From NCBI RefSeq assembly GCF_009834535.1, contig NC_045697.1, positions 13,702,001 through 13,766,000 on the forward strand: a stretch of 64,000 bases of DNA, in the 5' to 3' direction. This document shows, in pieces, positions 50,961 to 62,990 of this stretch. This stretch comes from Camelus ferus. Its lineage: Eukaryota. The position numbers and the translations under genes are program-made. Positions within the stretch are counted from its first letter, which is position 1, and every line of letters starts with the position of its first letter. A model generated the notes under the pieces. It had not been told where the DNA came from, searched no databases, and saw nothing but the letters and a program-made list of their open reading frames with translations.

Positions 50961-53428
50961 CGTCAATGTTCGTATTGAGAAATCATTTGTATTTCTCCTC
51001 CATGTTTCTTATTGTTCCTCGTGTCTTTGATTAGCTTAAAGTCTAGGGTAAAAATGGACTTACAAGTAAGTTGCTTCCGAGTTAAAGCCATTTTTAGGGT
51101 CAAGATGAAGTACAATTTAATTTAAACAGCTTCTTCCTTGTCTGACTGATAACGTCTTTTGTGCTCTATTACTTTAAATTGAAGGTGGCAATCTGGCTTA
51201 AATGCAAATTCGCTTTAGAGGTAACATCCTAAGGTGAATGTTTGGTAATTTTTGTTAACCTCTGTTTAGCCAAGTTTTAGATCTTTTTTGGGAAGAAAGT
51301 TTAGACCAGACCAAGGAGGAAGGACCTGGGAGAGAGGGTGGGCGGAGGAGGAAGTGGGCAGTGAAGCAGTAAACATCAGCCTTCTCTCACTTTGGCAAGG
51401 GGTTGCTCTGCCTCCAGTTGTCATGACTGAAGCCTAAGCAGGACAGAGAATCCACTTGAGCGTGTGGATCAAAGGGGTAGGAGACTTGTTCCACCAGGAC
51501 GGCAGAGCTGAGGAGTCCAGCAGGGGTCTGTGTGGCCACTGAGACGTTCTCTGCGGTCCCAGGAAACCCTTACTCTCCTGGGCCAGAGGACAGAGTGAGG
51601 TGGCCGCACTTCCAGAACCTAGGGGTAGGGGTCACCCCTGGAGGGGACCAGAACAGGTGGGCCTGCCTGGCAGGACCTGGGCCATGGAAGAAATGTGGCT
51701 GGGGCCTGAGAGGACAACGAGACGAGAGAGAGAGGGTAAACTTTCTTGGCTTCCCTCTTCCATCTCTCCAATCTGCTCCCAGGCCTCACACCCAACCAGA
51801 AACCAGTTGCCTGGGGCATCCAATCTAAGGGGTCATCACTCCTTCCCTCTTTGATTCAGTCAAGAGCAAAGGAAGAGCCAAATGTGGCTCTGAGAGCAAA
51901 TAGGCTAAGGGATAACCATTCTGTAAAATGGTTATTTAATCTGTTCCTGTAGGGTGGTGGTGGTGGGACATATGTTGAAGTGTGCACATTACTTTAATAT
52001 TGTTCTCTGGGTGAGTCACCTTTGGAGATTTTGATTATAGCATCCTATTCTGTGCTTATGAACTGTTTCATAAGTTGATATGCTGGCCTGGGTCATTTCT
52101 GCTGTTTGCATTTTCCTTTTTCATTCATTTGAAACCAAACTTATGTCAAATAGAAATATTTCACACTCCAAAAAAAAAAAAAAAAGGCATTTCCATGTAT
52201 GTTCTCTTAGGTTCTTTCCTAAAATAAGAATCTGTCAGTTTTTTACTATTATCTATCCCTATTCCTGCTTTTAGGAAGAATTACAGCAGCACATGGGGCT
52301 GTCCTGGAAATCGGAGTCAGGGAGCTCTAGCTCTCATGGAAGCCCTCTGCATACCAGCAGGATGATATCTGAGTGACTTGCTTATATTTTTTGAGCTTGA
52401 GTTTCTTTCTTTACTAACCCGAAGTAGGGATTCCTGCCTTACTGAGCTGAGCGAGGAATAAATAATACCAGGAAAATACAGGGCACCATGTCTGGTCCAG
52501 AATAGGGACCCAGTCAATGCTTTTTCTCTCCTCTTTCAGAAGTCATTTTATATTCTTTTTTTTTCTAATTTGAAAGGTGAATTTTCAATAGCTGTATTCT
52601 GTATTTCCAGTCCTGAGAAGTTCCTGTTCTGATAGAAAGAAGCATACAAAACATGGGAGTGCTCCGGGTGCCTTTCCCACGGTCTCCCAAGCCGATGCCC
52701 ACGTCACAGCTTCCAAGCCTCTCATTCCTGTTGTTTCTGCCATTTATGCCCTTGGCCATTTTAAGTGTCTTTCCCACTGCCGTTTAAATTATCTTATCAC
52801 TCAGCTGTCTTGCTTCCCTCAGTGAAGCCATTTTCCCAGGAAGCACTGAGCTTTTTCCCTGGCATTCCCTAATGACAACATCAGCGAAAAATGTGGAGGT
52901 TACTGAGAAAGGAATGAGGGAGCAAGGTGTCGGCACTTGAGGTTTTTTTTTTTTTTTTCCCTTTCCTTCTGGAAAAAAGTACACAAATTTATTTCAGTTT
53001 TTTTAAGAGGAGAGAAAGACTTGTTCATAAACAAAACAGCAGGCAAAAATGTGTTTCCTTCACTTTCTAGATTCTTTGGCTAAGAAAATCCTACGGGAAC
53101 TTTTTCTCTTATAAAATTATGGAACGTGGGATATCAGCCCCTTCTCATCTGTGCCCGTCCATCGTTCCCCTGGAGAGAAGAGCAAAGGACATTTTCTGGG
53201 AGGGTCCGTCAGGGACTGATAGTCTCTTGTTCCCAGCCCGCCTTCCCTCTATGTAAGAGGTATCCGACTGAGTGTGGAAAACAGGCATTTGCAAAATGTT
53301 TCTTTTAATGAGAACACATCAGTTTACAGAAATGGACTCTCCTCCATACTTTCATGGCTTTCTTTGTTTTCTTTTCTCTTCCTGCTTTATGAACTATGTG
53401 TTTGTTTTTGTTTGGGGGGGGTGTTTTA

Positions 53429-53508
53429 TTTGTTTGTTTGTTTGTTTGTTTGTTTGTTTGTTTGTTTAGTGGAGTGGGTTTGTTGGTTGGTTGGTTGATT
53501 GGTTGGTT
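53429..53508 (+). repeat. (TTTG)n and (TTGG)n microsatellites
   Basis: Seen directly. Confidence 0.95.
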
Positions 53509-53689
53509 TTCCAAAGGTCCCATCCACTTGTTTTTCTTCGGCCCACGCTGAGTGTAAATATTGAGCTGGCTGCTTGTAGAACCCGTTCCCAGAAGCTTCC
53601 CTGAGTAGAGACACCTTAGCAGAGACTAGATGAGGAGATGGACTCTGGCTTGCAAGGCTTTTGCATGACTGTTGGACCTCACCTCTACT

Positions 53690-54123
53690 GCTTACCCCCA
53701 ATACCACACCCCAGAAACACAGGCTTCATTCTCTTTTCCTCATCCAACACAAGCTTCCTCCAAACATGAGACTCTTGTGTGTCATCCGCTCTACCAGGAA
53801 TGCATTTCCCTTTTATCTTTCTATGTGGCCACACCTTGTCACCTCTCCTCTGTTCAGTTATCACCTTCTCAGAAGGGCTTTACCAAAACACATGATCTGA
53901 AGTAACCCCTTTGTGCCCTTCATTGTCCAATCTACCTTTCTATTATGTCATCTAGAGCAATTGTCTGGGGCCATCTTGTTCCTTCATTTGTTTGTTCACA
54001 GTCTCTACTTACTAAAATAGAAGTCACTGAGCTCAAAGAGAGTATCTGTATCCGAGTCTGTGTCCCTAGATGGTGCCTATCACATGGTAGGTGCTCATTA
54101 ATGGTTGTAGAAGGAATGAATGA
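53690..54123 (+). mobile_element. L2 3' end
   Basis: ctctaccaggaatgcatttcc...tcaccttctcagaagggcttt...gtgcctatcacatggtaggtgctcattaatggttgtagaaggaatgaatga. Confidence 0.8.
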
Positions 54124-55219
54124 TGGAGTAAAGAAACTCTCAGTGATGTCACTGATGACCACAGTCAGCAAATGTGAGCTCATGGAGACTGGTCACTAGG
54201 TCTTTTTTTTTATTTTTTCCCCAAGTCCCTTCCCAGTGTCCCTCACAACTTGGCATGACAAATAGCAACTGAGTGTCTACCATGGGTCAGGCAATGTGCT
54301 GAGTGAAGGTGACATACAATTTAACAACTGAAGCAGAAACCTTGCCCTAGTGAAACTTGTCATGCTTGGGAGAAGCCAGGCACTGAAATAAGCAGTTATA
54401 TAACCGTGTGATAATGGCTTCCCTATAGAAAGTAAGCATCGTTGGAGATGTTACAGCAGGGGAAGTGACAGTCTGGGGACCACTGGGAGTTGGCAGGGAA
54501 GGATTGAATAAAGGGAGGAAAGGGAGGGAGGGATAAAGGCAAAAAGGGAATAAAAGAGGTAAAAGGGAGATGAAAGAGAGAAGGAAGGCAAGCCCTGTAT
54601 ACACTTCCTACATGGATCTATGATTAGATGATACCATTCAACTCTCAAAAATGCTCTTAGAAAATATTCATCATTGCCCAATTCATAGATACAGAACGTG
54701 AAGCTCTTGCTGTTTAAATCCCTTATCTTTGGCCCTACAAGTTTACTCCCACAGGCAGGACCAGCTCCAGACACCCCAGGCTACTGTTCATTTCCTGTAT
54801 CTCATGTCTTCCTGGCCATGATGCTTCAGTAAGCAGTCTATCATAAAGGCAAGGTTTCCCAGACTCGTGGCATTGCCAGGATCACAGGGAACATTCTTGT
54901 TATAGAAACAACCTCAAGATAAGAAGTTTTATAAAAATGATTTGGCCAGGTAGAGGACTCAGTTCTCATTTATACTGATACCTTTTTTATTTTTTCTAGT
55001 ACATACGAGAACTCCTCAGGGCCAGAGCAGGCATGGCCCCTAAGCAGGGCAGTAAATGTCTGCAAGGAACGATCACGGGGAAGGAGAGGTCTTTCTGTTT
55101 CTAATACAACCTAATTAAGCTCTGCCTTTACCCTTGAATTTGACTACCTGTGATGGCTACTGATCCTTCTTAAAATGACTGCAAGACACCTTTAAGCTGT
55201 TGATCCTAGTAATGAACAT

Positions 55220-55450
55220 TTCTTGGGAACTTGGGTAAGCAGAGCTATGCTCATGGTGCCTCACGTGGCACTGTGTACATAAATGTATTCTCTCAAGGAC
55301 CATATGTAGGCAGTCCTTTTACTATCCTCATTTTACAGGGAAGAAGATGGATGCTGCAGAATGTTATTTCTTGAAATTTAACAACTGATAAGCAGCAGCG
55401 TTGGGATTCAAACCCATATCTGAATGCAAATCCCAAACCCTAACCCTCTG
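55220..55450 (-). mobile_element. MIR SINE
   Basis: gtaggcagtccttttactatcctcattttacagggaaga...gggattcaaacccatatctgaatgcaaa. Confidence 0.75.
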
Positions 55451-57299
55451 GTCCGCTGCTTCCCTTCTGATATAAGTGTACACCAAGATAGATGTTGAAG
55501 TGATCTGGGAGCTACAGAGGCCTGAGCATCCAGGTGAGGGACTGCAGTGGGGCCCTACTAAGTGGTGGAAGAGGCGAAGGATCCCTGTTTCTCTGCACAT
55601 TACACATACTTGACATATCTGCCAGAGGGTCAGCATTTTACAAAGACCACCTTGGCTTCTAGTTGTAAGTTCTGTGTTACTCATGAAGAGCTTCATAATT
55701 TCTGAATGATGGTCTCTGATCAGCACTGTCATCACCAGTCACAACTGATGTGTGTGTTGGACTCTCTACAGGAAACGTAGTCTTCCAGTGCCTTCTCTCC
55801 CTGAGATGGGGTCATTCATTTTGCAGTGGGAAGAGCAGGAGTTCCGAGAAGCTGAGTGACCTTCCAGAGCAAAATCTTTGAAGTCAGGCTGGCATGGAGT
55901 CACACAACAGCCCGACGGTTCACTTTGGGCAGGCAACTCGGTTTCTGTGATCGTCAACTCTGTCAATGAAAGACCAGTGACTTTGCGAGGTGTTGTGCAC
56001 TTGAGAAATGATTCACACACAGAAGTGCTAACTGATTTCAGTTTAACTCACACACACACATGTGCACACGAATGTGCACACATGCACACACACATACTCA
56101 GGACAGATCTAGGTTTCAAAGCCAGATCTTTGAACTTCAGATCCCCTCCTTTTACCACTGCTACATTCATTCTTTAAACCAAGAAGCTGCCCAATATCTA
56201 TTTTTATACAAAGCAAGTGGTTCAGAATAATATGTAAATATAATGATGGGTCCTACTTTTGTTGTTACTTCTTCTTCCCAAATCTTAAATAGTTTCTCCA
56301 TGGGGTTCAGACTGAGAGAACAATCCATACATACAAATTCTAGCTCTTGAAAAGCATTTATGGTTTCTTGATCTCAGAGCTGACAGAGATCTCAAAGACA
56401 AATTGATACATTTCATGTTACAGAAGAAAGAACTGAAATTCATACAGATGGAGTGACTCGCCTAGATCCCAGTTTCACCTTTTGAAATGCACAATTAAAT
56501 TGTTTAAAATTTCTAGGTTAGTGTCACATGTATTAAGTGGATGGCTTTTTCTTTTCTTTCTGCTGGCATTATTTATGAAATTTAACTGTGATAAAAATGC
56601 TTTGGCTTCATTATACCTACACATATTAATGCATCTGAAGGAAATTTTATATTCAGGCCCTATTAGTGCACAATGTAAATTGGAAACAGACTCTAAATGG
56701 CCCACTACTAAATTTTTTAAAAACATGATAGGCCCACTGGAAGCAGGCAGCTGCACTGACATTCTTCCTAGGGCAAAGGGAAAAGCAACACTGAAGAAAA
56801 ATGTCTTGACTCCTGGTTTGGTGTTCCTCCGTCACCAGATTTATTGACCTGCAAGAGAAGTCAGTGGCTGTTTTGCCCCAGTCAATATTAATTTCTAGGT
56901 TCAATAAATCCTGGTAATGAATGGAGAATGTGAGTCAATAAATGCTCATTAGATGTGCTCACAAAATGTGCCATGTATAAAAGAAGAAAATAATCATCAG
57001 TCAACCTTATCAATGTTTAAATATTATTACTGACATCTTTTGAACCATTTTTTTCCTTTCTTTGTTTTTCTTTGGAAGTGATTTAGATTTTTTTTTTTAA
57101 TCACTTAGAAAGTTAAAGCTGCTTCCTACCTAATGGTTACCTCTGTCTTCCAATGGCCTTTCCTATAATCGCACTTTGCTGTTCTCTGGATGGGGCCAGC
57201 AGCCCTATGGAAGGAGGATAGGAGCTCATTCTGCAAATAGATTTTGCTAAGCTAGTGGCCTCCATCCTCTTCACCCATAAAGGAGGTAACAAATGGGCA

Positions 57300-57992
57300 C
57301 CAAGAACAAGTAACAGTGCTTCTGGGTATAAATCCAAAGGAACTGAAATCTGAATCTGGGAGAGATATCTGCACTCCCATGGTCATTCCAGTGACTGTCA
57401 TAATCACCAAAGTATGGAAACAGATGTCTACCCACAGATGCATGGATAAAGCAAAGGTGGTATATAACACACAACGGAATATTATTCAGCCATGGTTAAC
57501 AAAGAAAGACTGCCATTTGCAATAACATGGATAACTCTGGAGGACATTCTGCCAAGTGAAATAAACCAGAAACAGAGAGATACATCTGCATGGTCTCACT
57601 GAGATGTGGAATCTAGAAAAGTTGAATTCATGGAAACTGAGAGTAGACTAGTGGATTCCAAAGAATGGGAATTAGAGAGATGTTGATCAAAGACCACAGA
57701 CTTTAATTTATAAGATAAAGAAGTTCTGGGGATCTAGGGTACAGCATGGTGAAGATAGTTAACAACACTGTATAGTGCAGGTGAAATTTCTTAAGAGGAT
57801 AGATCTTAAATTTTCTATCACACATGCTCACACACACACACAATGGTAACTCTGTAAAGGTGATAGAGAAGTTATTTAGCTTGATATGGTGATCCTTCCA
57901 CAATGTATACATATCTCAAAACACCAGGTTGTGTACCTTAAATACATACAATTTTATATCAAAGATATCTCAATATAATTAAAAAATAAAGA
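57300..57992 (+). mobile_element. L1MA-type L1 3' end
   Basis: cttctgggtataaatccaaagg...gatatctgcactcccatg...gtgaaataaaccag...gtggaatctagaaaagttgaa...aagttctggggatctagggtacagcatggtga...ttgtgtaccttaaatacatacaattt. Confidence 0.9.
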
Positions 57993-60900
57993 ACAGACAC
58001 ATGATCACATTTGGCAAAGCTTCTCATGTAAAGCAGCACACACACATCTTCCATAAGCATATGTCTAGAAGGTATGAAGAAAACTTGGTGGAAAAAAATA
58101 ATCAGTAAATGTTACCCTTTACTGTGAACCTACAAGTTCATATACTGATCCAGGTACTTTGCCAGACATTTTACCTACATTATTTCTAAACTTTAAAAAC
58201 AATTCAAGGTATCTCCAATTAGGAAATTACAGCTAAGTCAGCTTAATAATTTTTTTTTCAGTTCTTCAGAACTGCTATTTCATGAAATTCCAAAGCCCTT
58301 GTTCTTTCCTCAGTATTCTTCTGCTTCTTTAAAAGCAAGAGTTCAAGTTGAGAGAATAAAGTCCTTGAAAAGGTGAAGATATGCAGCTAGGTAAGTCGTA
58401 TTTTTAAATAGCTATATCGCCAAGGAATTTTTATAGCTTGTATCAAGTAAATTTTTTAAGTCACTAAGTTATCATGTTACTGATTATGCAAAACAAAAAA
58501 AAAATCTTTTTTAAAAGAGTTAAATTAAAAAAAATTCTATTGGTTAGTTTATTCCAAAATAAAACCTCATTTTATAAACCAACAAAATTTATATTTCCTC
58601 TGAATCATTGGCTAAATTACTGATGACATTTGAACAATGGGAGGAGGACAGAGAAGGAAGTATAGAAACCATTTTTACTGTGTCATTTACATTGAGCTAT
58701 AGAAAAGAACGCACTTACAAAAAAAAAAATGTGTCTGTGTTTTCAGTCCAGTCATGATCATGTTAAACAGATATGGCACACATTTTGTGTTAAATTTTCA
58801 AAATCGTGTTTCAAATAAGAGTCGCGAAGGAATATTTCCTGAGGCCTACCCACAATATAAAACAGGTTTTGTGCACATACTTCCAAAGTAACTGACAAAA
58901 CTAATGAGCTCAACCATATGAAATAAGCTCGGAGAAGCTGCACTCGAGGTGCAATGGTATCACTAAATCATCCCAACCAGTCAGTAAACGAGCTCAGCTA
59001 TCCGAAAACCTGCTAAATGGTCTTCATCTTGTGTGCACGAATGTTATTTCATGTGGTTCTAATGTAGGAATGGCTGGGAAGAAAGATCTCTTTCTGAGAG
59101 TGTTCTGTCTTCTATTCTCATTTAGGAATTTGATCAGTGAGAAAATGTGTATGAGAGTGGCGGTGGGGGAAGGTGGGGGGGGGTGGGAAGAAAAGACTTT
59201 CATGCCGGAAACAAAGAAATTTAGACATCAGATCACAAAGCTGTTTTCTCAGGGAAGGAGGACATAGTACAAGGATTCATTAGACAAGACGTGAGTTCAT
59301 TTACTCTGCTCTCTTTGTTCTCCTGGAGACCTATTTCAGCGCATTTACCTAAAGTGGGTTCTCTGGTGCTAGATTTCAAACCTCACATCATCCTGAAGAA
59401 TCAGATGGTAGCCAGGGAGGCTCCCCCTGCCCACAGGAGCCATTTGGGACTTTGGGCAGCTCCTAAGGGACCTAGGAGAGCTTCAGGGTGGCCTTCTGAA
59501 TATCTCCTATTAGATCATGTTGCAGTAATTCAGTCCTCTATTGTTTATGCTTTGGACCAACTCCCAATTTCATTAATATAGTGAGAAAAATCCTGCAACT
59601 TGTAAGCATGAGAGCTTGCGTCCCAGACCTGTGGCAGCCGGTTTTTGATCCTTGTTACTTTAACCTAGATTCTCATTCATATTCAATTAGCTTCTCTGTG
59701 TATATTTATCTATAAATCTAACTAAAGGGGTGCATGAAGCTAAATGCACACACGTGGAGGGGTTTTCATTGATCTGATATTTACATATATAGATATACAC
59801 ACTGATTAGTATCAGAACGTTATAAAGCACAAACATGTGCACATAATTACTCTCCTCTCTCTCTCTGATTGCAGCGAGGAACATTGTTCCTTTTGGGCCT
59901 CAGCTTCATCATGACCTGCTATGGATGTCCCTTCTGGAGGCCAGCTTGGAAGCTGTAAAATTTAATGCCTAACTTCGCAATCTGTTATCTATCCCTTGAC
60001 CTGGTTCAGAATTTATACCTTAATTTCTCACCATCTTCCTGCTTTATGCTACTATTCTTTATTTGTTAAAAGCCAGACTTCATCCCACCTTATAAAGGGG
60101 TTATATTTGCAAAAGCTAAAGATGAGTTAAAGAGAGACTATTAAAATCTCTCCTGTGTCTGTGGTCAGTTCATCCCCTCAGAGAACAGCAATGAGAACAA
60201 AAAAGGTGTCAGCAGAAAAGGAATCTGCTCTCATTTGACTCATCTGCTTTCATATTTGATTAGTCCAAGCATCCCAAACTGCAGGAATTTTAATTTGAGA
60301 AACTCAGGAGAAAGTTCTTCCTGACAGCCCCAACCAGAGACGGTTTCCGCTTTCTGTCCCCTGCAGTGCCTGGTCAATCTGAATCTCTGCCCTTTTCAAG
60401 ATATCACACTTTTATTTAGCAAGTGGACATAGAGAATTTGTTAAATTAATCGGGGCCCTCTAATGTGTTTGCTATAAATAATATAGCAGCACATGTGTAA
60501 ACTGTGCAGATGGGGACCTCTCTGCTCTCCCATGTTTATTTTTGTGGTCAGTATTGTTAAATGCACCGGGCCAAAAAGGTGGTGCTGATCACAAGGGCAC
60601 AACATCACTTAATGTAATGGTCTGGGACGTGAGCGAGTTTTTGAATTGGACGTTTTTTTTCCTTTTTTTTTGGCCTGGGGAGTTGAATGTGGGAAAATTA
60701 ACCACATTCAAACTATTGACTAAATGTCAAAGTCTTATAAAATCAATAGTCAACTGTTAACTTGGTCAGAGAGGCCCCTGTGCACTCAGTCCTGTGGAAA
60801 GGCAGCTCCCCGCTTTGTCAGGGCTCTCTTTTCTGCGCCCACCCCCGTAGATTTTCTGCACCATTCTTACCTCAGATGACCTGCCATGTGGCAGCGTTTA

Positions 60901-61229
60901 TTCCGTCTTACTAAACTCTTTTCCCTTTCTTATTTTTCACTTCAATGTTGTACTATAATTCAGTTAAAAATAAATCTTCAGTTGGAATAAAGAGTTAAAA
61001 AATGGCATAGTGATGGAGTAGGAGGAACACTTACAGAAAACCTTGAATTCTAATGCAAGTTAAGCTCCTGGTTCATCCAGGGACTTTAAACAAGACTTGC
61101 AACTTCTAAAGTTCAAGTTTTCTCATCAGCAGAAGGCGGATACTAATTCACCAAAGGGCGTCTCTGGAGCAGGAACAAGTAGTTTTTTTCTATAACCTAT
61201 GAGAGCTATATTCATGGTAAATTAGAAAG

Positions 61230-61598
61230 CATTATGGGCTGAATTTCTTCCCCCAAGATACATATGTGGACCTCAGAATGTGACTTTTGGAGATAGGACT
61301 TTTGAAGAGGTGATTAAGGTAAAATGAGGTCATACACGTGGGCTCTAATCTAATCTGACTGGTGTCCTTATAAAAAGAAGTATAAAAAGAAGAGATTAGG
61401 ATACAGACAACAGAGACAGGAACAACCATCTGAGGACACAGGAAGGAAGCCACCTGCAAGCTAAGGAGAGAGGCCTCAGAAGAAACCAAACCTGCCAACA
61501 CCTTAGTCTTCTAGCCTCGGGAATCATGAGAAAATAAATTCCTGTTAAGTCAGCCAGTCTATGGTATCTTGTTATAGCAACCCCAGCAAACTAACACT
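61230..61598 (+). mobile_element. MaLR solo LTR (MLT1A/B-like)
   Basis: ttatgggctgaatt...cagaatgtgac...aaaatgaggtcat...ggagagaggcctcagaagaaaccaaacctgccaacacc...agcaaccccagcaaactaa; perfect 5-bp TSD GAAAG at 61225-61229 and 61599-61603. Confidence 0.9.
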
Positions 61599-62589
61599 GA
61601 AAGTAAGATCAAAGGTGAAACAATCCTTCTCAGTATCAGTCCTGGCTTTTTAACCATCATTCTATTCATCAGTCACCTCAGCCAACCCAAGCCCCTGCCC
61701 AGAATTCAAAAAAAAAAAAAAAAAAAAAAAGACTCATGCATACATACACTTCCAAGCACAAAATAAATGTTTACTCCGTTTACAGTTAAGGATCATTCTT
61801 CTCACCTGAATGTCCCAGTTAGAAGACGAGTTCAAGTGTTCGTCAAAATTTTAGCTACAACAATAATCCAGTTTTTGGAATGGCTGTTTAAGAGCTTGGC
61901 CATGATTGTCTACCAGTAGCACAAAGTGGTGTCCAAGCTCTAATCTGGCCATTAGAGAGTAACCAGCTACTTCACAAGGGAAGTTTTAACTATTGAGAAA
62001 AATTCATCAACATGTTTTGAAAGAATTCCAGTGGCCACAACTGTTTCTTACCCAAACTCTTTACAGTTGCTTCTCAACAGTACATTCCATTATTAACGGA
62101 GGCTCAGTAATGTCACACTTTTACACAAAGGACTATAATCTATGAAGTTTCCTTTTATCTTCCCTCTCGTTCCCTTCCTAGATCTGAAGGTCTCAAAAAT
62201 TCTGCCTTTAATGACAATTTTAAAAAACATATCTAATATTGTTTTTAATAGCAATGTAACATTAAATCACATATGAAAAAATGTAATCAAAGTGCTGCAG
62301 AGGTAAAGCAAATTATAACACATCCTTGAGAAGCTTTTGCTGCTTAATCTTATATACTAATGGTTGAAAAGATTTTATGATATAAGAAATTACAAGCCTG
62401 AGGCTCAACCTGATAATCCTTATCAGACTTACTCGTAAAAGAGATCTAGGAACAATTCACTGCAAAAAAGGAAAGAAGAAATACTTGTAAATGACTAATT
62501 TATTCATCCAATGATTTTATTGAATAATTGCTAAGTACTGACATACTGTAAGCTGCATTGACTATTTTTTTTTCACCTGTTTAGTAACT

Positions 62590-62990
62590 TTTACTTCTCC
62601 ACTCTTCTCCTGTTAAAAAAAATCCCCTTTCTCTTATGACTCATTTAAGTCTGATCAAATCCTTCCCCCAATTTAAGGGGCTCAGGCCTGTCCACTGAAA
62701 GCACTGAATTTGTTTAATAATATTTGGTATAAGAAAAAATAAGTTAGGCCAATCAGTGACCTCTGAGAATTATTCTGGAATTGATTCACAAACGTGACTT
62801 GAAACCAAAACTTCTGAACATCTTGAAATTAGGTGGGAGTAGCAGGCCTGAGAATTCCACCATCAGAGAAGGAAAAAAGAGCCAAGAGTTGGAAATCACT
62901 GATGCTACTTTTTATCCTCCCTGACCTAGCTAAAACTAATGCTAACTTCCCATTTAGTGAGTCATAACATCCTCTTTACAAATGTATGTT
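62590..62990 (+). mobile_element. Old MaLR LTR (MLT1K/L-like)
   Basis: ggccaatcag...ccaccatcagagaagg...ccctgacctagc...cccatttagtgagtcataacatcctcttt. Confidence 0.45.

Noticed and set aside
60484-60494. TAGCAGCACAT, identical to the 5' end of miR-15a/b
   Set aside because: The remainder diverges and there is no pre-miRNA hairpin partner arm
60864-60873. Minus-strand donor GAG|GTAAGA (similar ones at about 23873, 24030 and 63438)
   Set aside because: Isolated donors occur frequently by chance and no paired acceptor was found
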